Below, one piece after another: positions 16,404 through 22,639 of a stretch of 41,119 bases of DNA. The stretch comes from a virus, in IMG/VR virus record IMGVR_UViG_3300035670_000511. The stretch is one strand, 5' to 3'. A program made the position numbers and the translations under genes. Below the pieces are notes generated by a model. It had not been told where the DNA came from. It saw only the letters and a list, made by a program, of their open reading frames with translations, and made no database searches. Every line of letters starts with the position of its first letter. The stretch's first letter is position 1.

Positions 16404-17654
16404 TTAGTAGAGGCGGTAGGAGGTTTGGCCGAGGGTGCCGTGTTTGGCGAGGTTGAATTGTTGGAGGCAGAGGTAGCCGAAGGCGTCGAAGGCGTGGTCT
16501 ACGCCGAGATTTTTGTTGGGGAGGCCGGTTCCAGGGGCGTAGGTGAGGGTGCGGAGGGATTTGATTAGTTCTTTGCAGCGGGGGTGGATGTAGGTGCGGC
16601 GTGTTCCAGTGGCGTCGAGGAGGGCGGTGTTGACGGCGGTGATTTTGTCGCGGATTTTCCAGGGGGCTTTGGGGCTGGAGACGTTGAAGCCACTGCGGCG
16701 GAGGATGTTGTGGTCGGTCAGTCCCACGCCGGAGGTTTTGCGGGCGCCGCCGGTGGGGTCCGGGCAAGCGATAACGCGGCGATCCACGCCAAAGCGGCGG
16801 GTCACTTCTTCGGCGAAGTCCCAGGTGGTGGCGCCGCCGGTGAGCATGATTTCGTCGAAGACGTAGAGGGTGTCGTCTTTGAGGACGGCGCAGATGCCGG
16901 ACATGGGATCCACGTTGAAGTCCACCCCCAGGAGGAGTGGAAGTATTGAAATATCGGTTGCTTCGGTGGAGATGTTTTCGTCGCCGAATGAGACGGCCAC
17001 GAGACCGCTGAGATTTTCGAAGCTGGCCTCGAATTCTTGGCGGAAGGTGCGGGCGTCGAGTTGGCTGCGGGCGGCTTCGATTTCTTCCGGTGGGACGTTG
17101 TCGCCGTCGATGGTCGTGAATTGCCAGCGGCTCCAGTCAGAATCGCCGGAGTCGGCGTATTGCCAGAGTTCGTAGAACCAGCTGGCGGTGCCATCGGGGG
17201 TGGAGATGAACAATGCCCAGCCTTGTTTGTCGGCGAGGGCGGGGCGGATGACCTCGAACCAGACGTCGGCGGACATGAAGGCGGCTTCGTCGAGAACGAC
17301 TCCAGCGAGGCTCCTGCCTCGCAGGGCCATGGCGTTTTCAGTGCCCTTCAGTTCGATGGTTGAGCCGTTGACTAGTTCGATCTTCAGGTCGGTCTCGTTC
17401 TTGGACTTGATCCAGGCTTTCGGGACCAGCTTTTTCATTACCTTCCAGGCAATGTCTTTCGCCATCCGGTATGTAGGGGCTGCATAGAAGAATGTTTCGC
17501 CCGGCCTTTCGATCGCCCCACGCAGCAACTCGATACATGAGAGGTAGCTTTTTCCGAAGCGGCGGCCGGCTACCAATACTCTGAAGCGTTTTCGGCTGGA
17601 AAAAACTTGGCCTTGGGCGTAGCGGAGGGAGAGGGTTCCAGCCGTTTCGGCCAT
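16404..17654 (-). CDS. terL: Terminase large subunit
   Basis: 416 aa. It has a Walker A-like VAGRRFGKS, a Walker B-like ..LAGVVLDEAAF.., and a C-terminal nuclease-type half (..LLLGVDFNVDP.. , ..DHAFDAFGY..). Confidence 0.85.
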   Translation of the reverse strand: MAETAGTLSLRYAQGQVFSSRKRFRVLVAGRRFGKSYLSCIELLRGAIERPGETFFYAAPTYRMAKDIAWKVMKKLVPKAWIKSKNETDLKIELVNGSTIELKGTENAMALRGRSLAGVVLDEAAFMSADVWFEVIRPALADKQGWALFISTPDGTASWFYELWQYADSGDSDWSRWQFTTIDGDNVPPEEIEAARSQLDARTFRQEFEASFENLSGLVAVSFGDENISTEATDISILPLLLGVDFNVDPMSGICAVLKDDTLYVFDEIMLTGGATTWDFAEEVTRRFGVDRRVIACPDPTGGARKTSGVGLTDHNILRRSGFNVSSPKAPWKIRDKITAVNTALLDATGTRRTYIHPRCKELIKSLRTLTYAPGTGLPNKNLGVDHAFDAFGYLCLQQFNLAKHGTLGQTSYRLY

Positions 17655-17811
17655 TTTTTCGGGTACGGGTACCTTCTAGGGTATTACAGAAATTCGACCC
17701 CTCCCCCGGGTGTGTAACAGAGGGAGGAAATGCGAATGTATCAGTAGGTTCCCCGCCCCCCGCTAGCACGGCTAAATAACTCGAACCCTCCCCCCTTATG
17801 TGAGAAGAATT

Positions 17812-17842
17812 GCGGCCCGCTAGGTGTAAATTAGCGGGCCGC
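17812..17842 (-). terminator. Perfect 11-bp stem-loop after gene 17850..18047, in the terL leader
   Basis: GCGGCCCGCTA (17812-17822) pairs with TAGCGGGCCGC (17832-17842) around a 9-nt loop. On the minus strand it is followed by AATTCTTCTC, which is only a weak U-tract. Confidence 0.5.
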
Positions 17843-17849
17843 GGTAAGG

Positions 17850-18047
17850 TTAACTATCGGCGAGAATCTTGCGAGCTTGTGCTAGCACTGATTCTCGCGA
17901 TCCTTTTAGGTTGTGCTCACTTTTAAGTATCGCATATGCGCTGGGGCCGCGGCGCTTCATGCCCTTAAGCTCCAACTGGAGAGCTGACACAAGGGCATAG
18001 AGTCGGAAGCGGTCGATCTGGGAGCCAGTGAGGACGGAAGCGGTCAT
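17850..18047 (-). CDS. Hypothetical protein (65 aa)
   Basis: I trimmed the 131-aa track ORF to the ATG at 18047 (MTASVLTGSQIDRFRLYALVSALQLELKGMKRRG..). The upstream part overlaps real genes out of frame. Confidence 0.5.
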   Translation of the reverse strand: MTASVLTGSQIDRFRLYALVSALQLELKGMKRRGPSAYAILKSEHNLKGSRESVLAQARKILADS

Positions 18048-18121
18048 AGCAGGATCAGGATGAGGGCGGTGGGCACCAGGGGCAGGGCCCCTAGCAGGAT
18101 CTGGCGGAGTGCTCGCTTCAT
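18044..18121 (-). CDS. 25-aa hydrophobic micro-ORF (MKRALRQILLGALPLVPTALILILL)
   Basis: It exactly bridges two genes, with ATGA overlaps at both ends (18118-18121 and 18044-18047). It is below the ORF-track size cut-off. Confidence 0.4.
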   Translation of the reverse strand: MKRALRQILLGALPLVPTALILILL

Positions 18122-18420
18122 GCTGCGGCAGCCTCCTTAGCCTTCTTCTCGATCTTGTCGCGGAGTGCTCCCATTGTGCGCTCGACCTCAGCCTGGAGAT
18201 CCGAGAGTCGGTCAATCCAGAGGTCGGCGTCGCGCTCCTTAGCACTCCAGCGGATGTTGCCGATCAAGCGATCTGCAGCTTTAAGGAGTTGCTCTGGCGT
18301 AGCGCCCTTGATCTCCACGGCGTCGCCATTGTCGGCGGTTACGGTTACCTTGCCGTCATAGGAGCACAGATCCACGCGGACGTCGTGGAGTTCGGCGCGG
18401 AGTTGGGTAGAGGTCTTCAT
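18118..18420 (-). CDS. Hypothetical protein (100 aa)
   Basis: The ORF has normal composition and a coiled-coil-like C-terminus (..LQAEVERTMGALRDKIEKKAKEAAAA). Confidence 0.55.
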   Translation of the reverse strand: MKTSTQLRAELHDVRVDLCSYDGKVTVTADNGDAVEIKGATPEQLLKAADRLIGNIRWSAKERDADLWIDRLSDLQAEVERTMGALRDKIEKKAKEAAAA

Positions 18421-18546
18421 GGGGTCCCTTGGTTTAGGTAGTGCGGATGTGATCCGCTTGGACCCTTCCTAGGACGGATCCGCACCCTTGGCAATACCGT
18501 TACACATTAGGATAACTTATGCTTGTCGGATGCTAGGATCCGGAGG

Positions 18547-18673
18547 CTAGTGCACCCGTACTAGCCTGCGAGAGTAGTACATCAGAACTGTAGTACATAA
18601 CACCTATAGTACACCTGTGCTGTAGTACATCAGACCTATAGTACACCTGTGCCCTAGTGCAGCTGTACTAGCC
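18547..18673. repeat. Phased array of five TAGTACA boxes at an exact 16-bp spacing, bracketed by two 20-bp near-identical palindromic boxes
   Basis: TAGTACA starts at 18575, 18591, 18607, 18623 and 18639. The flanks are CTAGTGCAcccGTACTAGCC (18547-18566) and CTAGTGCAgctGTACTAGCC (18654-18673). Confidence 0.9.
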
Positions 18674-18685
18674 TCGTGCGCCAGG

Positions 18686-18797
18686 TATGAATGGCCTATG
18701 AATGGCCTATGAATGGCCGCGGCAATGAATGGCAATTCATGAATGGCGATCCCGCGATGAATGGCAATTCATGAATGGCGCTCCGGGCATGAATGAC
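18686..18797. repeat. Array of eight ATGAATGRC boxes: 3 x 11-bp TATGAATGGCC, 2 x 32-bp units each containing ATGAATGGCAATTCATGAATGGCG, and 1 x ATGAATGAC
   Basis: The boxes start at 18687, 18698, 18709, 18725, 18739, 18757, 18771 and 18789, all in the same orientation. The array ends 2 nt before the stop codon of the TerS-like gene. Confidence 0.9.
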
Positions 18798-18799
18798 AC

Positions 18800-19288
18800 C
18801 TAGCCGGCCCGTTTGTCGTCGATCTCCACCCGAAGCACAGGGGCCGCGGCGGCTTGAGCCTCTGGTGCGACTTCGCCCACCACCGCGCCCATGTCCTTGA
18901 GCAGCATCGCTGCAGTCTGCAGTTGACCCTTCCGCACGGCGGCAGAGAACAACCGCTCCCGCATCTGAGCGATTCGAGAGACTAACCGCGGCCTCTCCCG
19001 CTCAAAATCCTGTGCTACCCACTGTTGCACAGCGTCCCAGTCTTTCCATGCTGTACTTACAGCGATGCCCTCTCTTTCCGCGTGCTCTAGCACCAGTTGC
19101 CGTGTGGTGAGCCCGTCTAGTTGCCGTTTGTACAGCCGCTGTTGGCGTTGCTCTATCACTGCGTCAGGATTGCGCTTCCCGTAAATTCGCCGCATCCGTT
19201 CGGCGCTATCACGGGGATAACCGTTCGCGGTTAAATCTTCCGCCGTAACTTCCGGCGCTTCGGTGTTAGCTTCCGGCTGTTCGGCCAT
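18800..19288 (-). CDS. Putative terminase small subunit / DNA-binding protein
   Basis: I trimmed the ORF to the ATG at 19288 (MAEQPEANTE..). It has an HTH-like segment LTTRQLVLEHAEREGIAVSTAWKDW followed by a helical C-terminus (..LFSAAVRKGQLQTAAMLLKDMGAVVGE..), as in many TerS proteins. It is the first gene after an intrinsic terminator, at the head of the late block. Confidence 0.45.
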   Translation of the reverse strand: MAEQPEANTEAPEVTAEDLTANGYPRDSAERMRRIYGKRNPDAVIEQRQQRLYKRQLDGLTTRQLVLEHAEREGIAVSTAWKDWDAVQQWVAQDFERERPRLVSRIAQMRERLFSAAVRKGQLQTAAMLLKDMGAVVGEVAPEAQAAAAPVLRVEIDDKRAG

Positions 19289-19356
19289 TGTTAAGATCCC
19301 CAGGCTGTTTGCTTCAATCTTAGGCTGTACCTTGCAAGCGGCCGCAGGCCGCGCAG

Positions 19357-19382
19357 CAAAAAGACCCGGCAGCAGGGCCGGG
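19357..19382 (-). terminator. Intrinsic terminator separating the minus-strand early genes from the late block
   Basis: The minus strand reads CCCGGC-cctgct-GCCGGG followed by TCTTTTTG. The stem is at 19365-19370/19377-19382. Confidence 0.7.
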
Positions 19383-19404
19383 CCGTTGATCGGTGGGGTG
19401 CCAG

Positions 19405-19638
19405 TCAATAGGAAGGCAGCACGAACGCAACGGTGCAGGATCCGACGGGCCGAAGCTCGAAGCCCTCACCGTACTCGAAGGTACGGCACCGGCAGCCGGT
19501 CAGCCCCAGGGCTGCCTTGGCTGCGGTGATGATCCGCCGATCGGATGCGCTGGCCGGTAGCTCGAAGCTATCGCGGCGCACCCAGCTGTAGTTAGCCTCT
19601 CCGCCAAACGTGTCGGTCAGTTCTACGCTCCACCGCAT
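19405..19638 (-). CDS. Hypothetical protein (77 aa)
   Basis: The ORF has plausible composition and is tightly spaced after 19642..19842. Confidence 0.55.
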   Translation of the reverse strand: MRWSVELTDTFGGEANYSWVRRDSFELPASASDRRIITAAKAALGLTGCRCRTFEYGEGFELRPVGSCTVAFVLPSY

Positions 19639-19641
19639 CGC

Positions 19642-19842
19642 TCAAACCTCCTCGAATTCGGCTTTATCGCTAAGCGGGCCGGGATCGTGGGCCTGATTCC
19701 AGCTGCGGCAAAGGTCGCGGGCCTCCTCCTCGCTCCAGGCGTAGGTGATGTGATGGCGCGGGCCTACGCCAGGTTCGCGGCCATCGGGCCAGCTGGGGTT
19801 GGCTTTCCACCAGGTACGGTGGAACACTCGAAACTTTGTCAT
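19642..19842 (-). CDS. Hypothetical protein (66 aa)
   Basis: ORF MTKFRVFHRTWWKANPSWPDGREPG..; compact within the operon. Confidence 0.55.
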   Translation of the reverse strand: MTKFRVFHRTWWKANPSWPDGREPGVGPRHHITYAWSEEEARDLCRSWNQAHDPGPLSDKAEFEEV

Positions 19843-19900
19843 GGGTGAGTCCTAAGGGTTGGGTCTCGTGTGCAAGTGTAGAACCGGAAGCGGGCCGGCG

Positions 19901-20512
19901 TCAAGCCAGCGCGGTTGGGTATTCGTTCAGATTCTCCAGGATCATCTCCCGGAGTCGGTCGAAACCGTCACGCCAGGGTGCGGCATCATCACGGGCCGCA
20001 AAAACACAGAGCCCCAGATCCTGCAGCATCCGCACGCGGCTGGCGATGCTCTCACCGCCCCAGTCGGAAGCGATGCCGTCGCACTCCAGCTGGCTGTGAT
20101 CATCCTCTGAAATCAGCGGGTAAGCCTCCAGGGCTTCTACGGTTTCGAGCACGTCAGCCGGAGCCCGCAGCAAGTCCAGCACAACGCCGCGGCCATTCCA
20201 GCCGTAACCCACTTCAAGGATTCCGCCATAGGGGTCTGGCGTGCTGGCGGGATCGGTGAGCACGCGGAAGTTGGAAAGTCCCACCAGCCCGGTGCGGCTG
20301 TAGTCGCTGTAGCCGCAGTAGGACGGCACGAAACCTAGGGAGACGTCGCGCCAGCGCTCTGCCAGACAAGTCTGGAGGTGGTCGTCAGGGCTGTGGTGCC
20401 ACTGGTGGCTGCAGTCTGTTTCGGGCTGGCCGTCGCGGATCAGGACCCAGTGGCCGGAGCAGATAGCGAGACGGTCGACGCGCTCCAGGAGAGCGGGGGA
20501 GGCGGTTGGCAT
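19901..20512 (-). CDS. Hypothetical acidic protein (203 aa)
   Basis: It is the longest ORF on either strand at this position and has normal composition. It is divergent from the 20628 cassette. Confidence 0.6.
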   Translation of the reverse strand: MPTASPALLERVDRLAICSGHWVLIRDGQPETDCSHQWHHSPDDHLQTCLAERWRDVSLGFVPSYCGYSDYSRTGLVGLSNFRVLTDPASTPDPYGGILEVGYGWNGRGVVLDLLRAPADVLETVEALEAYPLISEDDHSQLECDGIASDWGGESIASRVRMLQDLGLCVFAARDDAAPWRDGFDRLREMILENLNEYPTALA

Positions 20513-20627
20513 GGCAGGGCTTGCCGAAGTGCTCCCATATTGTATGTCATAGGTGGCGATTCCGCAAGATTGCGCCCGGTGCTACTGTTACAGGTGAAGC
20601 CCTCAACCCAACCTAGGAGGCTCCCCA

Positions 20628-20840
20628 ATGAACCGACCCCTCGGCCCGCTCCAGAGGAACATGCTGGCGTTTTGCCAGCGCCACCCCGGACGCCACACGA
20701 TCCACCCCGATCGCAAGACAATCAGGATCGCCCGCTCACTTGAGGCCCGCGGGCTGCTACATGTGACCGATTGCGGCATGTGCACCGCCAGCGGCTGCCC
20801 CGTGCTGATGGTCTCGCTTGCGGAGGGGTGCCAGCCGTGA
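20628..20840 (+). CDS. Small winged-helix-like DNA-binding protein (70 aa)
   Basis: A strong SD (AGGAGG) lies 7 nt upstream of the ATG. ..LQRNMLAFCQRH...IRIARSLEARGLLHV.. looks like a MarR/ArsR-type recognition helix plus wing. Confidence 0.5.
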   Translation: MNRPLGPLQRNMLAFCQRHPGRHTIHPDRKTIRIARSLEARGLLHVTDCGMCTASGCPVLMVSLAEGCQP

Positions 20841-21262
20841 GCGGGGGAGAATGGAACACCAGCCGGGAGCGGAAACAACTGGCCCTAGATGCCCGAGAAC
20901 TAGAGCGCGAACAGCTGCGGCTTGAGAAGCGCCAGCTCCGGGATCTGCGGTGGGCTGTTGAGCGCTCCAGCCTGGCCGCTTCAGACTGGGCCGACCTGCT
21001 GGCCCTGCAGGCCGCCCACGGCAAGGAAGGCCCGCTCCAGCTCTGGCGGGAACTGGTGCCCTACTGGCGGGCGTGCCAGCGATGCAACGGCGGCGCTGAC
21101 ATCCCCCCGGAGCTTTTTCCACAGGCTACGGGTATTTTTCCGCGCAACGATCAACCGCCAGCCCCAGCCAACCGCACCCGCTCCAGCAAGGGGGCAGCCC
21201 GTAAGGTTCGATCTGATGCTGGGGTCAGCAAGCCCCGCAAAGTGCCAGCCCCGCAGGGGTGA
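20837..21262 (+). CDS. Hypothetical coiled-coil protein with a basic tail (141 aa)
   Basis: The GTG at 20837 overlaps the upstream TGA (GTGA coupling). The sequence reads ..RERKQLALDARELEREQLRLEKRQLRDLRW... The upstream part of the track ORF overlaps the previous gene out of frame. Confidence 0.45.
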   Translation: MSGGEWNTSRERKQLALDARELEREQLRLEKRQLRDLRWAVERSSLAASDWADLLALQAAHGKEGPLQLWRELVPYWRACQRCNGGADIPPELFPQATGIFPRNDQPPAPANRTRSSKGAARKVRSDAGVSKPRKVPAPQG

Positions 21263-21266
21263 GCAC

Positions 21267-21294
21267 GCCCCAGCCCTGCCCTACGGGGTGGGGC
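21267..21294 (+). terminator. Stem-loop after the plus-strand cassette
   Basis: GCCCCA(G)CCC-tgccctac-GGG(G)TGGGGC followed by TTCTC. It begins 5 nt after the stop codon. The U-tract is weak. Confidence 0.4.
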
Positions 21295-21405
21295 TTCTCA
21301 CCGTCTTGCCGTGAGACTCACGAGACACCACCTAAGACGCCCCAGCAACAAGCCACACGCCAAGGGCAGAGTGACCCTGCCCCAGGGTAGAGTGGTACCG
21401 GGCAG

Positions 21406-21506
21406 TAGTACCAGCATGAATGGCTTTTCATGCGGCATGAATAAGTTTTAGTCGAGGGCGAAGCCCGAGACATGAATGGCGTTCCAGGCAACCTTGAATG
21501 GCTTTT
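21406..21506. repeat. Second ATGAATGGC locus: TAGTACC, then ATGAATGGC (21416), ATGAATAAG (21437), ATGAATGGC (21472) and TTGAATGGC (21494)
   Basis: It lies in the convergent intergenic gap between 21262 and 21508. The 11-mer GAATGGCTTTT occurs twice (21418, 21496). Further copies lie inside the exonuclease gene (ATGAATGAC at 21578, TATGAATGGCC at 21731). Confidence 0.85.
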
Positions 21507-21507
21507 G

Positions 21508-22380
21508 TCAACCGGCGAAGGCCGCACTGTCAACCTGATTGTCAACTAAGGCGGCAAAGTAGCGTTCCACCCTGGCCATGAATGACTCCTCTGCCTGTTG
21601 CAGTTCTTCGGGGGTCATCCAGTGAATGTTTGGCGCTCCACAGCGGCGGGCCAGAACGATCACAGCTCCAGTCGGTTCAAGCCCGGTCAGGTGTTTAAGG
21701 CCGAGGCTGTAAGCCCCACACTGGTCTATGTATGAATGGCCGGGAGGCAAACGTTCCAGGCCGTCCTCATCTTTGGTGGTCTTGCGCCCGACGCTGGTTT
21801 TCCAGTCGGCAACCACGATGGAGTTGTTCTTGAATCCCAGCAGGGCATCTGCCGTTCCAGCGAAGCCGGCGGGGTGGTGAATGGAAAATTCGCTGGCAAA
21901 AATTTCGGTGACGTTCTCGGCGATCCAGTCAGACAGGCTGCGGGCGTAGCCAGATGCGCTCCAGCCAACGCGGGGAACATTCGGCCTCACCCGCTTGAGT
22001 GCCCACTGGGTGATGGGGACCGGGATGCGTGCCAGTCCTTGATCGTCCCAGCGGATGGCGTTGCGCTTGTTTGCAGTGGAGCGTGCCAGCTGCTGAGACG
22101 TTTTCAATAGATACTCAGCCTGGCTGTGGGCCATGTTGCCGCGGGTGGCGGCAACGTTGCGCTGGCAGCTTGCCTCGACCGGTCCCAGGCGGGCTTCCCA
22201 ACGCTCCAGCCCGGTTTTGTCGCTCGTTTCCTTCAGGATGTGTGTAACACTATGGTATACATTACCTTTGATGTCCCGGTAGACCCGGAAGGGGCCGCTG
22301 TTATCTTGTTCCAGCCTCCATTTACGCAGTCCTGCCAGCGTGTCTTGGGTGTTGGAGGCCATGAAGTTATTCTTTCCCAA
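21508..22380 (-). CDS. PD-(D/E)XK (RecB/Cas4-like) exonuclease
   Basis: 290 aa. ..GFAGTADALLG....IVVADWKTS.. supplies the D...(D/E)xK catalytic motif. It neighbours the SSB-like gene. An alternative start is the ATG at 22362. Confidence 0.65.
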   Translation of the reverse strand: MGKNNFMASNTQDTLAGLRKWRLEQDNSGPFRVYRDIKGNVYHSVTHILKETSDKTGLERWEARLGPVEASCQRNVAATRGNMAHSQAEYLLKTSQQLARSTANKRNAIRWDDQGLARIPVPITQWALKRVRPNVPRVGWSASGYARSLSDWIAENVTEIFASEFSIHHPAGFAGTADALLGFKNNSIVVADWKTSVGRKTTKDEDGLERLPPGHSYIDQCGAYSLGLKHLTGLEPTGAVIVLARRCGAPNIHWMTPEELQQAEESFMARVERYFAALVDNQVDSAAFAG

Positions 22381-22394
22381 TTTGATAATACCAG

Positions 22395-22421
22395 TAAAAA
22401 GCCCCCTGGGTTAGAGGGGGC
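22395..22421 (-). terminator. Intrinsic terminator after gene 22430..22639
   Basis: The minus strand reads GCCCCCT-ctaaccc-AGGGGGC followed by TTTTT. The stem is at 22401-22407/22415-22421. Confidence 0.7.
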
Positions 22422-22429
22422 AGGAAGTT

Positions 22430-22639
22430 TTAACCGTTAACTGCTTCTGGTGGAATGTCTTGTTGATACTGCGAGCAGTAATCGTCAGGACGCACCACAG
22501 GCCACTTGTGCGTTACTAGACACGTTCCATCCGGCAAATCATGTACTTGCTCGGCTGCTGGCGGATTAAATCGGCAAAAACGCCAATTCAAATCATCCGC
22601 TGCTCCGCTCCAATGACAAGTGCTACAGGAAGCCATCAA
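22430..22639 (-). CDS. Cys-rich small protein (69 aa)
   Basis: MMASCSTCHWSG...FCRFNPP...DGTCLVTHKWP..DDYCSQY. It overlaps the stop of the upstream gene (ATGA). Confidence 0.5.
   Translation of the reverse strand: MMASCSTCHWSGAADDLNWRFCRFNPPAAEQVHDLPDGTCLVTHKWPVVRPDDYCSQYQQDIPPEAVNG

Noticed and set aside
16372-16767. Upstream 132 codons of the 192-aa minus-strand ORF 16189..16767
   Set aside because: It is an extremely Pro/Arg/His-rich out-of-frame overlap with the 3' end of terL. Only the last 60 codons, from ATG 16371, give a sensible protein.
17690-17800. tRNA gene suggested by GGTTCGAG / GGGTCGAA T-loop-like strings on the minus strand
   Set aside because: No complementary T-stem, acceptor stem or anticodon arm can be drawn around either string.
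18572-18647. TGTAGTACA boxes as NtcA-type (GTA-N8-TAC) sites
   Set aside because: The half-sites are separated by 1 nt, not 8. Neighbouring boxes give GTA..TAC spacings of 14, so the NtcA geometry is not met.
18547-18797. Possible CRISPR array
   Set aside because: The repeat periods are 11, 16 and 32 bp with no spacer-sized unique segments, and there are no cas genes. This is not CRISPR architecture.
21318-21545. 75-aa minus-strand ORF across the second repeat locus
   Set aside because: It is Cys/Pro/Ser/Trp-rich nonsense-like sequence running through repeats and hairpins. The region is better explained as non-coding.
21506-21545. Three TGTCAAC boxes (TTGACA on the minus strand) as stacked -35 elements
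   Set aside because: They lie in the last codons of the exonuclease gene (..VDNQVDSAAFAG*), where GTT-GAC codes Val-Asp. No -10 element follows at a suitable distance.
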